Source of the DNA: Leucoraja erinacea
Lineage: Eukaryota
Length of the DNA stretch: 64,000 nt
NCBI RefSeq assembly: GCF_028641065.1
Contig: NC_073412.1
Coordinates: forward strand, 12,338,001-12,402,000
Direction: 5' to 3'
Shown here piece by piece: positions 63,446 to 64,000 of this stretch. The translations under genes were made by a program, and so were the position numbers. The stretch's first letter is position 1. Every line of letters starts with the position of its first letter. The notes below the pieces were generated by a model that made no database searches, was not told the origin of the DNA, and saw only the letters and a program-made list of their open reading frames with translations.

Positions 63446-63523
63446 CCATGTCGGCCAGTCCAATACCTCTGGAATCCACATTCCCAATATATCACTTTCA
63501 CTCGCAAAGTCCTGGCCAAACAT
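63446..63523 (-). pseudogene. HERC1: Antisense, 5'-truncated fragment of a downstream HERC1 exon (MFGQDFASESDILGMWIPEVLDWPTW) with its GT donor
   Basis: Minus-strand translation closely matches recalled human HERC1 MFGQDLTSDNDILGMWIPEVLDWPTW (about residue 2950). TGG is followed by gtgtgt; there is an in-frame TAA four codons upstream and no homology beyond it. Confidence 0.8.
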
Positions 63524-64000
63524 GGTTAAACGTTAAAAATCACTGCACATTGCCATCAGTTGATCTTTCTTCATCTATAGACTTGACTTTGCAAAGATCA
63601 TGGTAGAATGAAGTTATGTAAAATTAGATATATTTATTGACTACAATTTATTAATAATGCAAACTGCACTGAACCAAGCTAAATGGCTAATTACAGTACT
63701 AGAATATAGAGCAGGCCCATCGACCCATACTGTGCCAAACATGATGCCAAGTTAAACTGTTCTCCTCTGCCAGCACATGATCCATATGCCTTTGTTCCCT
63801 CCATATTCATGTGCCTATCTATAAGCCTCTTAAATCCCACAATGTATCTGCCTCCACCACAACCCCTGGCTGTGTGTGCGTGCGTGTGAGACAAAAAGGC
63901 ACTAGTGGATGCCACTCCGTTTGTATTATGTTTTGGGTTTCTTTCCATGTGCACAATGTAAGTGCACTACAATCGGGACTTAAAGACAGATGGCAATAGG

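Noticed and set aside
58024-64000. Next sense-strand HERC1 exon (VKICDMQMRG...)
   Set aside because: Not found by eye; introns here reach ~7 kb, so it may lie beyond the window and its absence is not evidence of gene disruption.

Overview
Vertebrate genomic DNA, almost certainly from a cartilaginous fish (skate/ray-like: HE1-type V-SINEs, CR1/HER1-like LINEs). The window lies inside the giant E3 ubiquitin ligase gene HERC1 on the + strand. I can trace 25 consecutive GT-AG coding exons (554-58023, 4180 nt, phases consistent throughout), from just after the first RCC1-like domain to the end of the SPRY domain; no start or stop codon is in the window. The introns are dense with transposons: CR1 LINEs, V-SINEs, Penelope-like elements (PLEs), Rex1/Babar-type 3' ends, and Tc1, pogo/Tigger, hAT, Harbinger and probable Helitron derivatives. 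Most notable: (1) a PLE pseudo-LTR family carrying a minimal hammerhead-ribozyme-like motif (CTGAAGA-stem-GAAACGTC), present as many short copies and as ~200-bp fold-back insertions with 13-20 bp target-site duplications, one of which duplicated a HERC1 splice donor; (2) an antisense, 5'-truncated copy of a much more downstream HERC1 exon at 63446-63523. Protein identifications rely on recalled human HERC1 sequence, not a search; repeat boundaries are approximate unless TSDs or TIRs are given.
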